Assembly (NCBI GenBank): GCA_964016885.1
Contig: CAXHJY010001375.1
Coordinates: 1 to 52,440 of the forward strand
Reading direction: 5' to 3'
Length of the DNA: 52,440 bases
Source of the DNA: Eledone cirrhosa
Taxonomy: Eukaryota
Shown: piece by piece, positions 52,037 through 52,440 of the stretch
How the letters are laid out: the number at the start of each line of letters is the position of its first letter
Numbering within the stretch: the stretch's first letter is position 1
Position numbers and translations under genes: made by a program
Notes under the pieces: generated by a model
Databases searched by the model: none
Seen by the model: only the letters and a program-made list of their open reading frames with translations
Told to the model about the DNA's origin: nothing

Positions 52037-52440
52037 AGCTAAGCGAGAGATAGAGGGGAAGAAAGAGAGGGGGGGGGAGATAGTGGCTGACCGCAGCCCC
52101 CTCGTGGAGAAGCAGGAGGGTGAAGGGGTGGATCGGCTTTTTGACTTTCAAGTAGCATACTATATATATTTAAAGTAATTTATAAGTAGAATGGGGAGGA
52201 TTTTGTTTTTTTTTGTTTGAGAATACGATAGAATTAAGCTGGAAGGTTATGAATGTTTAACAAGCGATTTAACAAAAAGCAAAACTGCAAGATTTGTTCT
52301 GTTCAATACGACAAAAACACCGTATTTAAACCTTAAATAGATAACAAAAAAATACAGATTTCGGATTTTGCGAGATTGGATGTTTGTTTGGACTGTGTAC
52401 GGAATTGAGCGTGGAAATGGAGAGAAGGATTGTACTTTAC
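38108..52440. repeat. 505-bp tandem (satellite-like) array, 28 full units plus 1 partial, open at window end
   Basis: Unit begins AGCTGGAAGGTTATGAATG. ORF-track starts recur every 504-505 bp (one unit is 497 bp). The unit contains (AT)5(GT)12, G9 and T9. Confidence 0.99.

Noticed and set aside
38255-52178. Repeated 99-aa ORF (MFGLCTELSV...) in each array unit
   Set aside because: It starts at TTG, runs through the (AT)(GT) microsatellite and G-run, is broken by length variants in units 1, 3, 9 and 18, and has no recognisable domain.
38108-52440. Array as CRISPR, 5S/tRNA/snRNA or histone cluster, or hammerhead satellite
   Set aside because: No unique spacers, no recognisable 5S, tRNA, snRNA or histone sequence, and no CTGANGA core seen on either strand of the unit.

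Overview
Eukaryotic, repeat-saturated genomic DNA, most consistent with a cephalopod (octopus-like) genome. That assignment is inferred from the tRNA-CORE-RTE-tail SINE, the dominant RTE LINEs and the kb-long (TA/TATG)n tracts. No host gene could be supported. Bases 1-34,000 are a nested transposon graveyard: about 12 RTE-clade LINE copies or tails of at least two subfamilies, mostly beside TA-rich microsatellites. They also hold two CORE-SINE copies that share the RTE 3' tail, two Penelope-like RT remnants with hammerhead motifs, a CRE-like RLE retrotransposon, Helitron-derived elements, a mariner remnant, a TTAA-flanked MITE and a foldback. At 34,270-37,893 (minus strand) lies an apparently full-length RTE LINE with an uninterrupted 1087-aa ORF: APE endonuclease plus RT, with a C4HC3 PHD-like finger inserted inside the RT. 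About 200 bp upstream of its 5' end, beyond a short G-rich repeated spacer, a near-perfect tandem array of a 505-bp unit begins. It has 28 full units plus one partial and runs off the window end. The most notable items are the intact RT abutting this array, the PHD-in-RT with apparent TA-microsatellite targeting, a SINE-LINE chimera joined at a microhomology, and a complete minimal hammerhead ribozyme.
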